DNA of 64,000 nt, from the IMG/VR virus record IMGVR_UViG_3300002460_000002, positions 1 to 64,000 of that record; one strand, 5' to 3'. Both the position numbers and the translations under genes were made by a program. The notes under the pieces are model-generated. The model was not told the DNA's origin. It saw only the letters and a list, made by a program, of their open reading frames with translations, and made no database searches. How positions within the stretch are numbered: the stretch's first letter is position 1; the number at the start of each line of letters is the position of its first letter. Positions 44,613 to 54,557 of the stretch are shown here, piece by piece. This DNA is from an uncultured virus (IMG/VR IMGVR_UViG_3300002460_000002) (lineage: Duplodnaviria; Heunggongvirae; Uroviricota; Caudoviricetes).

Positions 44613-46595
44613 TTGACCCCTCTGGCCCTCGACACCGAAACCGCTCTGATCAAGATCGGTTTGCTCGCGCCGCCGTTGACTTGCGTCAGCTGGGCGGACG
44701 GCGAGCATGTTGGGCTGGAGTGGGTCGGGGATACAGGGCCTTGTTATAGGCTCGTTCGAGAGAGTTTGGAAACGGACACGCTCTTCATCGGTCTCAACAT
44801 CGCGTACGACTTCGGCGTGATCGGGGCAGAGTGGCCGAACCTGCTCCCGTTGATCTTCGCGGCGTACGAGAGCGACCGAGTGACGGACGTCGGTCTTCGG
44901 CAGAAGTTGATCGACATCGCGAAGGGCCAGTTTCGAGGCTACACCGACGGAATGACGGAGGTGTACACCTCGCACGAATACTCCCTGGCGAAGCTGGTCG
45001 AGCGACATTTCAAGATGCAGATGGACAAGTCCACGCATCGGCTCGGTTTCGGTGAACTCAGAAACGTTCACCCGAACCAGTGGCCGGCAGGTGCTGCAGA
45101 GTACGCGATGGGGGACGCGCAGATGACCATGAAGCTGTGGCAGTTGCAGGAGTCAACAGATGCCGGACTTCTGCAAGACCAGTTTAGGCAGGCGCGTGCG
45201 GCCTGGGGCCTGCACTTGATCTCGTGCTGGGGCATCAAGACATCGGCGCCGAACATCGAGAGATTCAAGATCAAAACGGTGGCGGATCACGCAGCGGCCT
45301 TGAAGGTTTGCAAAGAGAAGGGGTTGGTACGGCCTGGAGGAACACGAGACACGAAGAAGGCCCGGACGCTCATGGTCCAGGTCATGGAGCAGCTGGGAGA
45401 GCCGACGAAGAAGACCGAAGCCTTCATCGATCTTCGCCGGAAACGAGACAAGCACGAGTTGTTGACTCCGAAGGATGAAAAAAATCTGGAGGATCCGTTG
45501 TTCGGGATCTCCGTCGATGAAGAGGCGTGCGAGGCGTCGTTGGATCCGACGTTGGTCGCGTACTCCAAGGTCACGAGCTTGACGACGGTCGTGGACACGC
45601 ACATCCCCGCACTCGAGAACGGGATCAAGTACCCAATTCAGCCGCGGTTCGATTCGTTGGTGGAGACCGGTCGAACGTCGTGCAAGGGCCACGACGGGCG
45701 CCAGCCGACGAACGGCTACCAGCTCCAGAACGTCCGCCGGCTTCCGGGCATCCGGGAGTGCTTCGAGGCCCGACCAGGAACCGTGTACGTCGAGGCGGAT
45801 TTTTCCGGTCTGGAACTTCACACCTGGGCGCAGACGTGCTTGTGGGCGGTCGGAGAAAGCCGGATGGCGGCGGCGTTGAACGCCAAGATTGACCCGCATC
45901 TGGTGATCGCCTCGACCATGCTCGGGACTTCGTATGACGAAGCGAAGGCGAGGTACAAGGCCGGAGATGAAGAGGTGGCCGGGCCTGACGGGACTCGGCA
46001 GTTCGGCAAGATCGGGAACTTCGGTTTCCAGGGCGGCATGGGAGAGAAAACTTTCCGGGCATGGGCGCGGGTCCAGTACAAGACCAATTTTTCGGAAGAG
46101 CAGACGCACTTCATCAAAGAGTCGTGGAAGCAGACCTGGCCGGAGCAAGAGGCGTATTTCAAGTGGATCCAAGTTCAATGTGAGCAAGGCGGTGGGTACG
46201 CGACGATCGAGCAGTGGTTGAGCAAGCGCGTGCGCGGTTTAGTTTCGTTCACGGTCGCGGCCAACGGGTATTTTCAGGCGCTCGGTGCAGACGCAGCCAA
46301 GGCGGCATTGTTTGCGGTGCAGAGGGAATGCTACGTCGATGAATCGTCGCCGCTGTTCGGGAGCAGAGCGGTTAACTTTGTCCACGATTCTGTGTGTCTA
46401 GAAGTTGAAGATGACCTGCACAAGTACAACGCCGCAGCGAAACGACTCGTCGAGGTGATGATCGAAGAAGGTACGAAGTGGCTACCGGATGTGCCGCCGC
46501 GGGCCGAGGTGACGGTTTCACGTAATTGGAGCAAGTTAGCCAAGCAGGTGAAGAACGCGGAGGGGTTGTTGATCCCGTGGGAGTACACGCCTTGA
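44613..46595 (+). CDS. polA: Family A DNA polymerase with 3'-5' exonuclease domain
   Basis: ALDTET, NIAYD, YAMGDA; TGRTS; motif A ADFSGLEL; motif B RQFGKIGNFGFQGG; motif C FVHDS. TTG start after GGAG. Confidence 0.92.
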   Translation: MTPLALDTETALIKIGLLAPPLTCVSWADGEHVGLEWVGDTGPCYRLVRESLETDTLFIGLNIAYDFGVIGAEWPNLLPLIFAAYESDRVTDVGLRQKLIDIAKGQFRGYTDGMTEVYTSHEYSLAKLVERHFKMQMDKSTHRLGFGELRNVHPNQWPAGAAEYAMGDAQMTMKLWQLQESTDAGLLQDQFRQARAAWGLHLISCWGIKTSAPNIERFKIKTVADHAAALKVCKEKGLVRPGGTRDTKKARTLMVQVMEQLGEPTKKTEAFIDLRRKRDKHELLTPKDEKNLEDPLFGISVDEEACEASLDPTLVAYSKVTSLTTVVDTHIPALENGIKYPIQPRFDSLVETGRTSCKGHDGRQPTNGYQLQNVRRLPGIRECFEARPGTVYVEADFSGLELHTWAQTCLWAVGESRMAAALNAKIDPHLVIASTMLGTSYDEAKARYKAGDEEVAGPDGTRQFGKIGNFGFQGGMGEKTFRAWARVQYKTNFSEEQTHFIKESWKQTWPEQEAYFKWIQVQCEQGGGYATIEQWLSKRVRGLVSFTVAANGYFQALGADAAKAALFAVQRECYVDESSPLFGSRAVNFVHDSVCLEVEDDLHKYNAAAKRLVEVMIEEGTKWLPDVPPRAEVTVSRNWSKLAKQVKNAEGLLIPWEYTP

Positions 46596-47080
46596 ACCTT
46601 CTCTCGATCGATCCCGGGCTCGTGTGCTGTGGCTGGGCAATCTGGCGGGACAGTCAGCTTTTTCGGTGCGGCCTCTCACGCACGAAAGGGAAAACACTCG
46701 AATTCCGAATCCAAGTTCATGCGAAGACGTTTCACAGAATGAGTCTAATGGCTCATGTATTGGTGATTGAGAAGCCGGAGATCTACCAGCAGCGGTTCTT
46801 GAAGGGAGACCCGAGAGATCTAGCCAATCTCGCAGCCGTGGTCGGGGGCATCGTCGCTGCGTTTCCTTCAGGTGACGCGCGCATGGTCTACCCAAAGGCT
46901 TGGAAGGGACAAATTCCGAAAGAAGTGTCCGAGCGGCGGACTCTATCGAAGCTGTCCGAAATAGAAAAACAGGTTTTGAAAAAACCGCAGGTTTTCGGGG
47001 CGCCAACCACGGCGCCGTCGAGCCTGCTTCACAACATGATGGATGCAGTCGGTCTTGGTCTCTATTTTCTTCAACGGTAG
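46592..47080 (+). CDS. RuvC-like Holliday junction resolvase
   Basis: SIDPG..CGWA, LVIEKP, PKAWKG, HNMMDAVGLG. Confidence 0.75.
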   Translation: MNLLSIDPGLVCCGWAIWRDSQLFRCGLSRTKGKTLEFRIQVHAKTFHRMSLMAHVLVIEKPEIYQQRFLKGDPRDLANLAAVVGGIVAAFPSGDARMVYPKAWKGQIPKEVSERRTLSKLSEIEKQVLKKPQVFGAPTTAPSSLLHNMMDAVGLGLYFLQR

Positions 47081-47089
47081 AGGGAGCAC

Positions 47090-47950
47090 ATGGAATTCAA
47101 ACACAACAATCACAGGATAGCGGGAAAGTGTCACGTCTCAACTTGTGCCGCAGCGACGGCCGCAATCGCGGACGGTAAGACTTTCTTCTCGAAGAGGGCT
47201 CCGATGATTGAGCTTTGCGAGGAGCACTTGTTCACGGCCCAGGACATGGCCAAGCAGCAAGGGCAAGAGCTGGTGTGGAAAGAGTATGTAGCGGCAGTCG
47301 TAGGTGTAGATCTGACAGGGGTTACTGAAAAGACGCCAGATACCTCTCTCGTCCCCGTCGAGAAGGTCAAGGCCGAGCTGGTCCAGGAAGTCACTCAGGC
47401 GGAGCAGGCCTTGACCCAGATCCGGACCTTCACGATCGAAACCAAGGAAGATCTCGAGTTCGCCGCGGAGATCCTCACCGACACCAAGCAGAGCATCAAG
47501 CGTCTGGACGACAAGCGGAAAGAGATCACGGACCCGATGAACAAGGCCCTGAAGGCAGCCAACGCGCTCTTCAAGCCGGCCATCACGTTCTACGAGGAGT
47601 GTGAGAGGCTCATCAAGTCTAAGATCGTCGAGGCCCACAAGAAAGCCGAGGATGCAGCCCGGATCGCGCTCGAAAGCGCGGGCGCTGCGGCAGTTGAAGG
47701 GGACGCAGGGGCGTTGACGACTGCGTTGCAGGTGCACGATGCCGCGGTGGAGTTTCCGGCCGCCGATGGTCTCCAGTACCGCACGTCGTGGAAGTTCGAG
47801 ATCATGGACGAGGCGTTGATCCCGCGCGAGTACATGACGCCGAACCTGGCGTTGATCAAGGGCGTGGTTACACACAAGAAGGGCGCGACCGAGATCCCAG
47901 GCGTCCGGGTGTACGAGGACAAGATCGTGGCGAGTGTAGGGTCGGCATGA
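47090..47950 (+). CDS. Conserved phage coiled-coil protein
   Basis: RKEITDPM...WKFEI.DEALIPREYM...IPGVRVYE. Confidence 0.65.
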   Translation: MEFKHNNHRIAGKCHVSTCAAATAAIADGKTFFSKRAPMIELCEEHLFTAQDMAKQQGQELVWKEYVAAVVGVDLTGVTEKTPDTSLVPVEKVKAELVQEVTQAEQALTQIRTFTIETKEDLEFAAEILTDTKQSIKRLDDKRKEITDPMNKALKAANALFKPAITFYEECERLIKSKIVEAHKKAEDAARIALESAGAAAVEGDAGALTTALQVHDAAVEFPAADGLQYRTSWKFEIMDEALIPREYMTPNLALIKGVVTHKKGATEIPGVRVYEDKIVASVGSA

Positions 47951-48507
47951 TCCCCCAGCATTCCTCTGTCTCGAACGAGCACTATACTCCGGCGCATGTC
48001 GTGGAGGCGGCCCGGGGTTTGCTCGGAAGGTTTGATCTTGACCCGGCGTCGTGCTTGGCCGCGAACGAAACCGTGCAGGCTGAGAAGATCTTCACGATCG
48101 AGGACGACGGTCTGAATCAGCCTTGGTTCGGAAAGGTTTTCCTGAATCCTCCAGGGGGCAAGTTGAAGCTGGTTGACGGCCGGTGGGTGCCCGTCGCCAA
48201 GGGGCCAGGGACATCCAGCATGCAGGTGTGGTGGAACAAGTTAGCAACCGAGTGGGAGAGTGGAAACGTCAAGGAAGCATTCTTCGTCGGGTTTACTCTC
48301 GAAGTTTTGCGATTGTCCCAGCGGTGCCTTCGACCCGTTCAAGACTTTCCGCGGTGCTACCCGGTGGAGCGGCTTTGTTTCGTCGGTGCTGACCCGACGC
48401 ATGCAAACGTGCTCGTGTACCTGCCGCCGGATGAAGATGAAACGCATGTTGAGAGAATGGACGAAGCCTTTTCAGGAATCGGTGTTTGCGAAGGAGGACG
48501 ACGGTGA
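47947..48507 (+). CDS. Phage Dam-like N6-adenine DNA methyltransferase (NPPG variant)
   Basis: EHYTP, FDLDPAS, DGL.QPW.G.VFLNPPG. Confidence 0.7.
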   Translation: MIPQHSSVSNEHYTPAHVVEAARGLLGRFDLDPASCLAANETVQAEKIFTIEDDGLNQPWFGKVFLNPPGGKLKLVDGRWVPVAKGPGTSSMQVWWNKLATEWESGNVKEAFFVGFTLEVLRLSQRCLRPVQDFPRCYPVERLCFVGADPTHANVLVYLPPDEDETHVERMDEAFSGIGVCEGGRR

Positions 48508-49094
48508 CTTCAATCCTAGGCCCAGGGCGCTTCTGGTCCATCCACAGAAAAGTGTTTGATGCTCTTCATCCAGAGCTTTCAGATCTCGATGTACTGAACC
48601 TGGAAGACATCGCGATCAGCCTCGGGAACATCTGCCGGTTCGGGGGTCATCTCAGAATTTTTTATTCGGTAGCTTGTCATTCTCGTTTTGTCGCGCGCAT
48701 CCTCCAGGCCCGTCGTTTTCCGAACGAGGTTGCGTTCGCAGGCCTGGTTCACGACGTCGTCGAAATCATTACAGGGGATGTGATCAGCCCCATGAAACCG
48801 GTGTTCGGGGAGGGCCTGAAAGAAGTTGAAAACTTGTGGACACCTGTCGTCGAGAAGTGGTTTGGTCTGCCGGAGGGAGCGACGAAGGCCCCTGAAGTGA
48901 AGGATGCTGACCTGACCGCGTACTACATCGAGAACAAGATCTTGCGTGGTTGGGAGGGGCAGCACGTCGATCATCTGGAAGACATTGCTCTTCCGATAGC
49001 AGCTCTGGCGTATGCCGATCTGTTGCACACTCCGCTGCTACCGCAACCTGCAGGTCAAGAGTGGTACCTGGAAGTTAAGAGGCGCAGATCATGA
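48504..49094 (+). CDS. HD-domain phosphohydrolase (YfbR-like)
   Basis: EDIAISL..ICRFGGH...YSVACHS, LVHD..E...GD...PMK. Confidence 0.8.
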   Translation: MTSILGPGRFWSIHRKVFDALHPELSDLDVLNLEDIAISLGNICRFGGHLRIFYSVACHSRFVARILQARRFPNEVAFAGLVHDVVEIITGDVISPMKPVFGEGLKEVENLWTPVVEKWFGLPEGATKAPEVKDADLTAYYIENKILRGWEGQHVDHLEDIALPIAALAYADLLHTPLLPQPAGQEWYLEVKRRRS

Positions 49095-49276
49095 TCCCCT
49101 CCACCTGGCTCAACATCGGCCGTGTCATCCAAACTGTGCGCAAGGGCGACCTCATCTCCATCGAGGTCCAGGGCGGCTTCGTCCGCAAACCCGCGCCGTG
49201 CGCCGGCCTCATGATCGAAGACAGAAACCAAATCACGATGTTCGTCCCGGACGAACTAGGAGTTTTGAAAAAGTGA
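49091..49276 (+). CDS. Small hypothetical protein
   Basis: ATGA-coupled ORF. Confidence 0.5.
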   Translation: MIPSTWLNIGRVIQTVRKGDLISIEVQGGFVRKPAPCAGLMIEDRNQITMFVPDELGVLKK

Positions 49277-49387
49277 CGCCCCGAAGGTCTGTTAAACCGG
49301 GAAAGGCGCCCGACGGAGGCTGCGTCATTGTTGGCGTGGTCGGAGTTCCGTCGGGTGCCGGGCGACTTTGCAAGAAAAAGGAATCTA

Positions 49388-50540
49388 CATGACCACCATC
49401 CCCATCGAAGACGAAAAAGATCTCCGGTTGATCGCCGACATGGAGTTCGCCAACGACACGTCGCCGGAGGAAAAAACACTCCTACGGAAGTGGACGAAGA
49501 TGTTCGAGGAGGTTCGAGACGTCCGGCTCGAAATCACTCGCTGCAAGGAAATGATCCAGGACAAGACTCTTCCGGGAGTGTTGTCTTCATGGCTAACAGA
49601 TCCGTCGCTCGCCGCACACATCAAAGGCGAAGAAGTCCGCGCCGACAAGATCGACGCCGAGATGAAGCCGTTGTGGGCCGAGTACGAGGTGTTGCGTGAC
49701 AGGATGGTGCCGGTGCGGAGGGAGAAAGCAGAGCGGGTACAGAAGTTGTTGATGAATCACGGGGTTCAAAGAGCACAAGAGATCATCGACAACGGTTGTA
49801 CAGGGTTGTTTCGTCTGTTTTTGCCTTCTGATGAGGAAGGACCAATCGGATTTGCGAGTGGTATCCATTCAAGTCTTCAAGAAGGGAAAGAAGAGACCGC
49901 GATCGAAACCGTCAGATTCGTCCGCGAGAACATGGGTGGCGCCCGCGTTTCTCTCCCGTGTTACGTTGGTCCCGATCGTTACTGCTTGATCCACCAGACG
50001 ATCGGCGGTCTTCAGTTTGGACAGAAGGCGTTGCACGCGGACCAAGTTCGCTACATCTCTCGCGACCTGACCCCGGAGGAAAAAGGCCACGTTAACCTGG
50101 TTGAGAACGTGCGACGGCGCGAGGGGAACATGCGCGACGGCAAGGCGATCTTGACCGGGCAACGGGTTCCTGATGATCTCGGCATCGAGAGTCTGTCGCC
50201 TCAAGACGCGGCCTTCAAGAGACAGATGGATGCCGCGGGTGTTTCGTCTCCGGGGGTGGTCGTACCAGAAGTTCCACCTTTCACCTGCCCCGAGCACGGC
50301 GCAATCTCGTGGGGGTGTCGGTACTGTCTCGCCCAGGCGTTGGTCAACGGGCCGTTGGAGGTTGAAATTACCGCGCAGGCCACGATCGCGACGATTGAGG
50401 GCCAAGGCACAGGCCCGCTTCAGACCGTGGCCGCGAGTGGTATGGCCGCATACCTGGAGAATCTCGATGCCGGCGGCGCCCACGAGGTCAAGGTCTACGC
50501 CAAGGTGGCATCGTTCCGACGCAAGCTCGCGATGGACTGA
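49388..50540 (+). CDS. Hypothetical protein
   Basis: Long ORF with AAGGA RBS and CPEH..CRYC. Confidence 0.65.
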
Positions 50541-50786
50541 CGTGAAATCAACTTGCTCTGTCTTCTCGTCCTCTCTTCTGGAATTCGCGCGTTGCGCGTC
50601 TCCGGCGGATTGGACGTTATTGCTCTTGATCGTGTTGATCACGACTGGACCCATCATTGCTTTGTGCGTGCGGATTGCGCGGAAAGGGAGCACCGGTGGA
50701 ACTGACCGCTGAAGGCTACCCCGCGTCAGGGTCGTGCAATTCGTGGTTGTCGGCGGGGAGAACAAACAAAATGTGGAAGGAGCAAC

Positions 50787-50999
50787 ATGGGCATCACTAT
50801 CACGGTTAAGGGACCGCATAACTCAGGCAAGACGACGGCGGCCAACCTCATCAAGATGTTTCTGGAGGAGAATGGCTACCAGGACGTGAAAGTGGAAGAC
50901 GTGCCGCCGATGCCGGTAGATCAGAAGCCGCAGTTCTGGGATCGGTTCACGAAGAATCGAGAGCGGTCGGTGCGGATCAAAGTTGAGCTGGAGGAATAG
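50787..50999 (+). CDS. Small P-loop-like protein
   Basis: GPHNSGKT in a 70-aa ORF with AAGGAG RBS. Confidence 0.55.
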   Translation: MGITITVKGPHNSGKTTAANLIKMFLEENGYQDVKVEDVPPMPVDQKPQFWDRFTKNRERSVRIKVELEE

Positions 51000-51001
51000 T
51001 C

Positions 51002-52000
51002 ATGGCTTTTGAATGCAAGATCGCGGCTGACAGCTTGGCACCTTGCGGGGCGCGCTTGACGACATTCATCGTCACGTACCCCCGAGCAATTCACTCAGAG
51101 ATCATGACGCACAGGATCTTGACGAAGTCGTCGGCGTCATCGCGCGCGATTCCGACGGAGAAGCTAATCGAGCGTGTGAAGATGGATCCCTGGATTCCAG
51201 ACTACATCGGAGCGAATCAAAAGGGCATGCAGCCGGGTGAAGAGTTGAGCGGAATTGATCGAACGGCAGCGGTAGTGGAATGGTTGCAGGCGCGCAACCG
51301 TGCGGTCGAGCATGCGCGCAATCTAATCACGCTGAAGGTTCACAAGGGAGTCATCAACCGCCTGCTCGAACCCTGGATGTGGATCACGGTCATCATCTCT
51401 GGCACCGAGTGGGAAAATTTCTTCGGCCTGCGTTGTCACGAAGCTGCCGAGCCGCATTTTCAGCACATCGCTCGGATGATGAAAACTGCGCGGGACGCGT
51501 CGGTGCCGAAGAAACTTGGTCTAGAAGAGTGGCACTTGCCGTTGATTTTTCAGGAAGACTGGGATGCGGTGTTGTCTCAGGAGACGGAAAAAAGAACGAA
51601 ACGAGAAGAAATGACGGAAAAAGCAGAAGCGTTATTGATCAAGGTCTCCGTCGGTCGTTGTGCTCGCGTCTCGTATCTGAACCACGAAGGCAAGCGCGAC
51701 CTACAAGCCGACATCGAGCTTCACGATCGTCTGATGGTCCAGCGACCGTTGCACGCCGCGCCGGCAGAACACGTTGTGCAGGCGATGGATTGGCCGGAGT
51801 GGTTCCGAAGGTCTTCGCTCGGTGATTTCACACCCGCAGAGGTTCGGACTCGGTATCTCAAGCAGGACGCGACCTTTGGACATCTTGAAAAAGCACAGGT
51901 TGCCGTCGTGCTTGATGAGATGCAGTCCGGCAACTATCTAGGCTTCAAGCAGTACCGCAAGACCCTGGTCGACGAACACATCGGAGGCTTGATGCCATGA
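51002..52000 (+). CDS. thyX: FAD-dependent thymidylate synthase
   Basis: IHSEIMTHR..SSASSRAIP, NRLLEPW, NFFGLR, RCARVSY, HAAPAEH. Confidence 0.85.
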   Translation: MAFECKIAADSLAPCGARLTTFIVTYPRAIHSEIMTHRILTKSSASSRAIPTEKLIERVKMDPWIPDYIGANQKGMQPGEELSGIDRTAAVVEWLQARNRAVEHARNLITLKVHKGVINRLLEPWMWITVIISGTEWENFFGLRCHEAAEPHFQHIARMMKTARDASVPKKLGLEEWHLPLIFQEDWDAVLSQETEKRTKREEMTEKAEALLIKVSVGRCARVSYLNHEGKRDLQADIELHDRLMVQRPLHAAPAEHVVQAMDWPEWFRRSSLGDFTPAEVRTRYLKQDATFGHLEKAQVAVVLDEMQSGNYLGFKQYRKTLVDEHIGGLMP

Positions 52001-52239
52001 AAACAGAATTCAAGATAGGTGTGTACGAGCACTATAAGGGAGGCAAGTACCTGGTACTCGGCCTTGCTGGCTCTTCTGATGAGGCGACGGACGGTCAATT
52101 GATGGTCGTCTACGTCTGTCTGTACACCGACAAGGGAGGACCGTACATGCGGGTGCGGTCGTTTAAAGAATTTACCGAGCCGGTTAGTACCGAGAAATAT
52201 TTTGGGCCGCGCTTTCGGTACATCGGAGACGGGACATGA
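51997..52239 (+). CDS. DUF1653-like protein
   Basis: YEHYKGGKY.V...MVVY..LY...VR...F. Confidence 0.75.
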   Translation: MKTEFKIGVYEHYKGGKYLVLGLAGSSDEATDGQLMVVYVCLYTDKGGPYMRVRSFKEFTEPVSTEKYFGPRFRYIGDGT

Positions 52240-52658
52240 CCCGTCCTTCCTTCGAGCACATCCACATGGAGATGGCGAAGCTCATCGCCAGGCGGTCGAC
52301 GTGCGCCCGTCTCCAGGTTGGTTGCGTGATCACGTCGTCTGACTACTGGAAAGTGCTTGCTGTGGGGTACAACGGCAACGCTGCCGGTCTTCCGAACGGT
52401 TGCGATTCCGAAACTCCTGGCTCTTGTGGTTGCGTACATTCAGAAACGAACGCACTCGTAAAATGTGACTGCCCCCGGTCGACGGAGAAGATCATCTTCG
52501 TTACCGACCTCCCGTGCAAGATGTGCGCGAAGTTGATCGTGAACCTCGGCAACGTCAAGAAGGTGTACTACGGCCGAGACTACCGACTGCGTGAGGGTGA
52601 AGAGGTTTTGAAACAGGCAGGAATTTCAATCGAGAAATTTGAGGGAGATCCAACATGA
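52236..52658 (+). CDS. dCMP deaminase
   Basis: RSTC.R.QVG, GYNG, HSETNA, PCKMC. Confidence 0.9.
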   Translation: MTRPSFEHIHMEMAKLIARRSTCARLQVGCVITSSDYWKVLAVGYNGNAAGLPNGCDSETPGSCGCVHSETNALVKCDCPRSTEKIIFVTDLPCKMCAKLIVNLGNVKKVYYGRDYRLREGEEVLKQAGISIEKFEGDPT

Positions 52659-53071
52659 ATGAGCAAGAGCGAACGTTCGTAAGAGAAGCGGCACCCCGAG
52701 GCGAGTTGATGATTCTTCCGCACATCTCAGCAGACCGCGACTTCCGCGCCTGCATGGAGGCGTGTGACAAGCTGTTGACCCAGAAAGGCGCCGACTACGA
52801 AGTGAAGGCGTTGACCGCGAAGGAGCAGGAAGATCGCGACCGGCAGCGTGTGAGCAACTTCTACGCCGAGGCCGCGTCCCTTGGGCTCACGCCGTTCCAG
52901 GTGCTTGGGGTGTACATGCACAAGCACCAGCGTGCGATCGATAAGTTTCTCGCGACGGGCTCGGTTGCGAGTGAGCCGATCGAAACGCGAATTTTCGACA
53001 ACATAAATTACCTGTTGCTGGCTTACAAACTTTGCAAGGTTGAGGAGCGTGCGAAGGCCGGCACTCCGTGA
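52655..53071 (+). CDS. Alpha-helical nucleotide-modification-associated/MazG-like protein
   Basis: KGADY...SNF...KH...EPIETRIFDNINYLLL. Confidence 0.55.
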   Translation: MNEQERTFVREAAPRGELMILPHISADRDFRACMEACDKLLTQKGADYEVKALTAKEQEDRDRQRVSNFYAEAASLGLTPFQVLGVYMHKHQRAIDKFLATGSVASEPIETRIFDNINYLLLAYKLCKVEERAKAGTP

Positions 53072-53343
53072 CCCGCGCTCTCGTCCGCTACATCCCCCCA
53101 CCGAAAGGTCCCATCATGCCCGTCCAAGTCTGTACCCACTGCAAGCGCCCGACCGGGGCGCACTACCGGGTGACCCGGTTCGACGCCTCTTCAAATGAGA
53201 AGGGCTCGGTGGTAGTCTGTTCGTTGCTTTGCCTCCTCAACTGGGTGTACGCATACAGCACGGCTCAGGGTCTGCAGTTGGCCCAGGGGGTCAGCAACGC
53301 CTTCCAGCAGGTGGTAGAGGCTTTCCGAGGGCTGAAAAAGTGA
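53068..53343 (+). CDS. Small zinc-finger protein
   Basis: CTHC...CSLLC. Confidence 0.55.
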   Translation: MTRALVRYIPPPKGPIMPVQVCTHCKRPTGAHYRVTRFDASSNEKGSVVVCSLLCLLNWVYAYSTAQGLQLAQGVSNAFQQVVEAFRGLKK

Positions 53344-53582
53344 CCCGGCTCTTCGTCGGCAACCTGCACTACGACGCCACGGAGAAAGACTTGCAGGAGT
53401 ATTTCGAGTCGTTGACCTGCACCGTTGCCAGCGTGAAGATCATCATCGACAAGGAGACCACTCGCAGCAAGGGTTACGGCTTCGTCGAGGTGAAGGAAAC
53501 CTTGGAAGAGGCGCTCCGGTTGACCGAAAACACGGTCTTCTTCAATCGGCCGCTCCGGGTCGAGGCTGGCAACCGGAAGTAA
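53340..53582 (+). CDS. RRM RNA-binding protein
   Basis: RNP2 LFVGNL and RNP1 KGYGFVE; GTG start 53340. Confidence 0.9.
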   Translation: MTRLFVGNLHYDATEKDLQEYFESLTCTVASVKIIIDKETTRSKGYGFVEVKETLEEALRLTENTVFFNRPLRVEAGNRK

Positions 53583-53609
53583 GGCGCGACGCCTACATAT
53601 AGTGCGTGC

Positions 53610-53638
53610 TTGACGGCGTGAAGCATTGGACCTAGGAT
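53610..53638 (+). promoter_or_regulatory. Sigma70-like promoter, leaderless to ATG 53645
   Basis: TTGACG-17-TAGGAT-6-ATG. Confidence 0.65.
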
Positions 53639-53644
53639 GGCTGC

Positions 53645-54076
53645 ATGATCTTGGGCCAGACAGCGAATCGAATGTCCGATTTTACGCGTCCTCAAGACGC
53701 CAATTTCTACAACCCGACGCTGATGAAGACGGCTTTTTACAGCCACTTCACCCCGTTCCGACAGCACTTGCTGCCGATGGCGTCGTTCCGGCCGAACCTG
53801 CCGGGGTTGCCGGGAAGGATGCGGCCGGTGCCGACGCAACAGTCGTTCGCGCCGGGTGTTCCATCCGCACCGACGATGCTGAAGGGCTTCGGTCATGCTC
53901 CGGGCGTTTCACCGTTCGCGTTCATGGACACCGACCCATCGCGCACGATGCGCTCGGGTGCCTGGATGTCGGTGACTCCCGGTGGTGTTCGTCAGGGCGT
54001 CACGCAGTCCGGTCAGTTCCTGACTCGCCAGATGACCGGGTACGGCCCCGGCTTCCGCCCCGCCGGTCAGTTTTAG
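53645..54076 (+). CDS. Pro/Gly-rich hypothetical protein
   Basis: Starts MILG; low complexity. Confidence 0.55.
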   Translation: MILGQTANRMSDFTRPQDANFYNPTLMKTAFYSHFTPFRQHLLPMASFRPNLPGLPGRMRPVPTQQSFAPGVPSAPTMLKGFGHAPGVSPFAFMDTDPSRTMRSGAWMSVTPGGVRQGVTQSGQFLTRQMTGYGPGFRPAGQF

Positions 54077-54084
54077 GAGCCGCT

Positions 54085-54339
54085 TTGCGGTATCCGAATC
54101 CCGACAACATCGTACGGTACGGCGGCGGAATGCCGCAATACGTGCCTTATTTGACGACGCAGGCCGGGGCGCCTGGTGTTCCGATCCACGACCACCGCGG
54201 GTACATCGACGTGAACAAGAACGGCGTGACCGACACCGTGGCGTCGCACTACCACAACATCCGAGCCGGCCGAATCGTGCCGAGCGACCGCGACGGGCAC
54301 ACACACAAGATGACCTGGTTGCCGACGGGAGCTGGGTGA
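54085..54339 (+). CDS. His-repeat (HxH) protein
   Basis: TTG start after AGGAG; HDH, HYH, HTH. Confidence 0.55.
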   Translation: MRYPNPDNIVRYGGGMPQYVPYLTTQAGAPGVPIHDHRGYIDVNKNGVTDTVASHYHNIRAGRIVPSDRDGHTHKMTWLPTGAG

Positions 54340-54557
54340 TGGCGAAGTGGTACGCGGTCTCCACGGGTAGCGGATTCGTTGTCGGGAAGACAAGTCGTCC
54401 CGCAGGCGGCCGGTACGCCTTCGGTCCGTACCGCAGCAAGAAAAAAGCGTGTGAGGTCGGTTGTTATCAGGGTCAGGCTCGTACGCCGCGGGGATGTCCG
54501 GTAAATGCGTGCGCGCATCCGACGTTTTCAGGTGCTCGTCGCCGGAGGAAACGTTGA
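54336..54557 (+). CDS. Small basic protein with C-terminal Arg tag
   Basis: Ends FSGARRRRKR. Confidence 0.65.
   Translation: MMAKWYAVSTGSGFVVGKTSRPAGGRYAFGPYRSKKKACEVGCYQGQARTPRGCPVNACAHPTFSGARRRRKR

Noticed and set aside
43327..46187. Long antisense ORFs (416 aa and 344 aa)
   Set aside because: Shadow frames of high-GC genes with clear motifs on the plus strand.
46592..47080. RuvC fold as TnpB/Cas12 or transposase
   Set aside because: Only about 160 aa, no zinc finger or REC region, no IS ends. Position after polA fits a resolvase.
44613..53071. Z-genome (2-aminoadenine) system suggested by PolA plus HD and MazG-like hydrolases
   Set aside because: No PurZ/PurA-like gene in the window, and the polymerase keeps Phe at the 762-equivalent position. 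Not supportable here.
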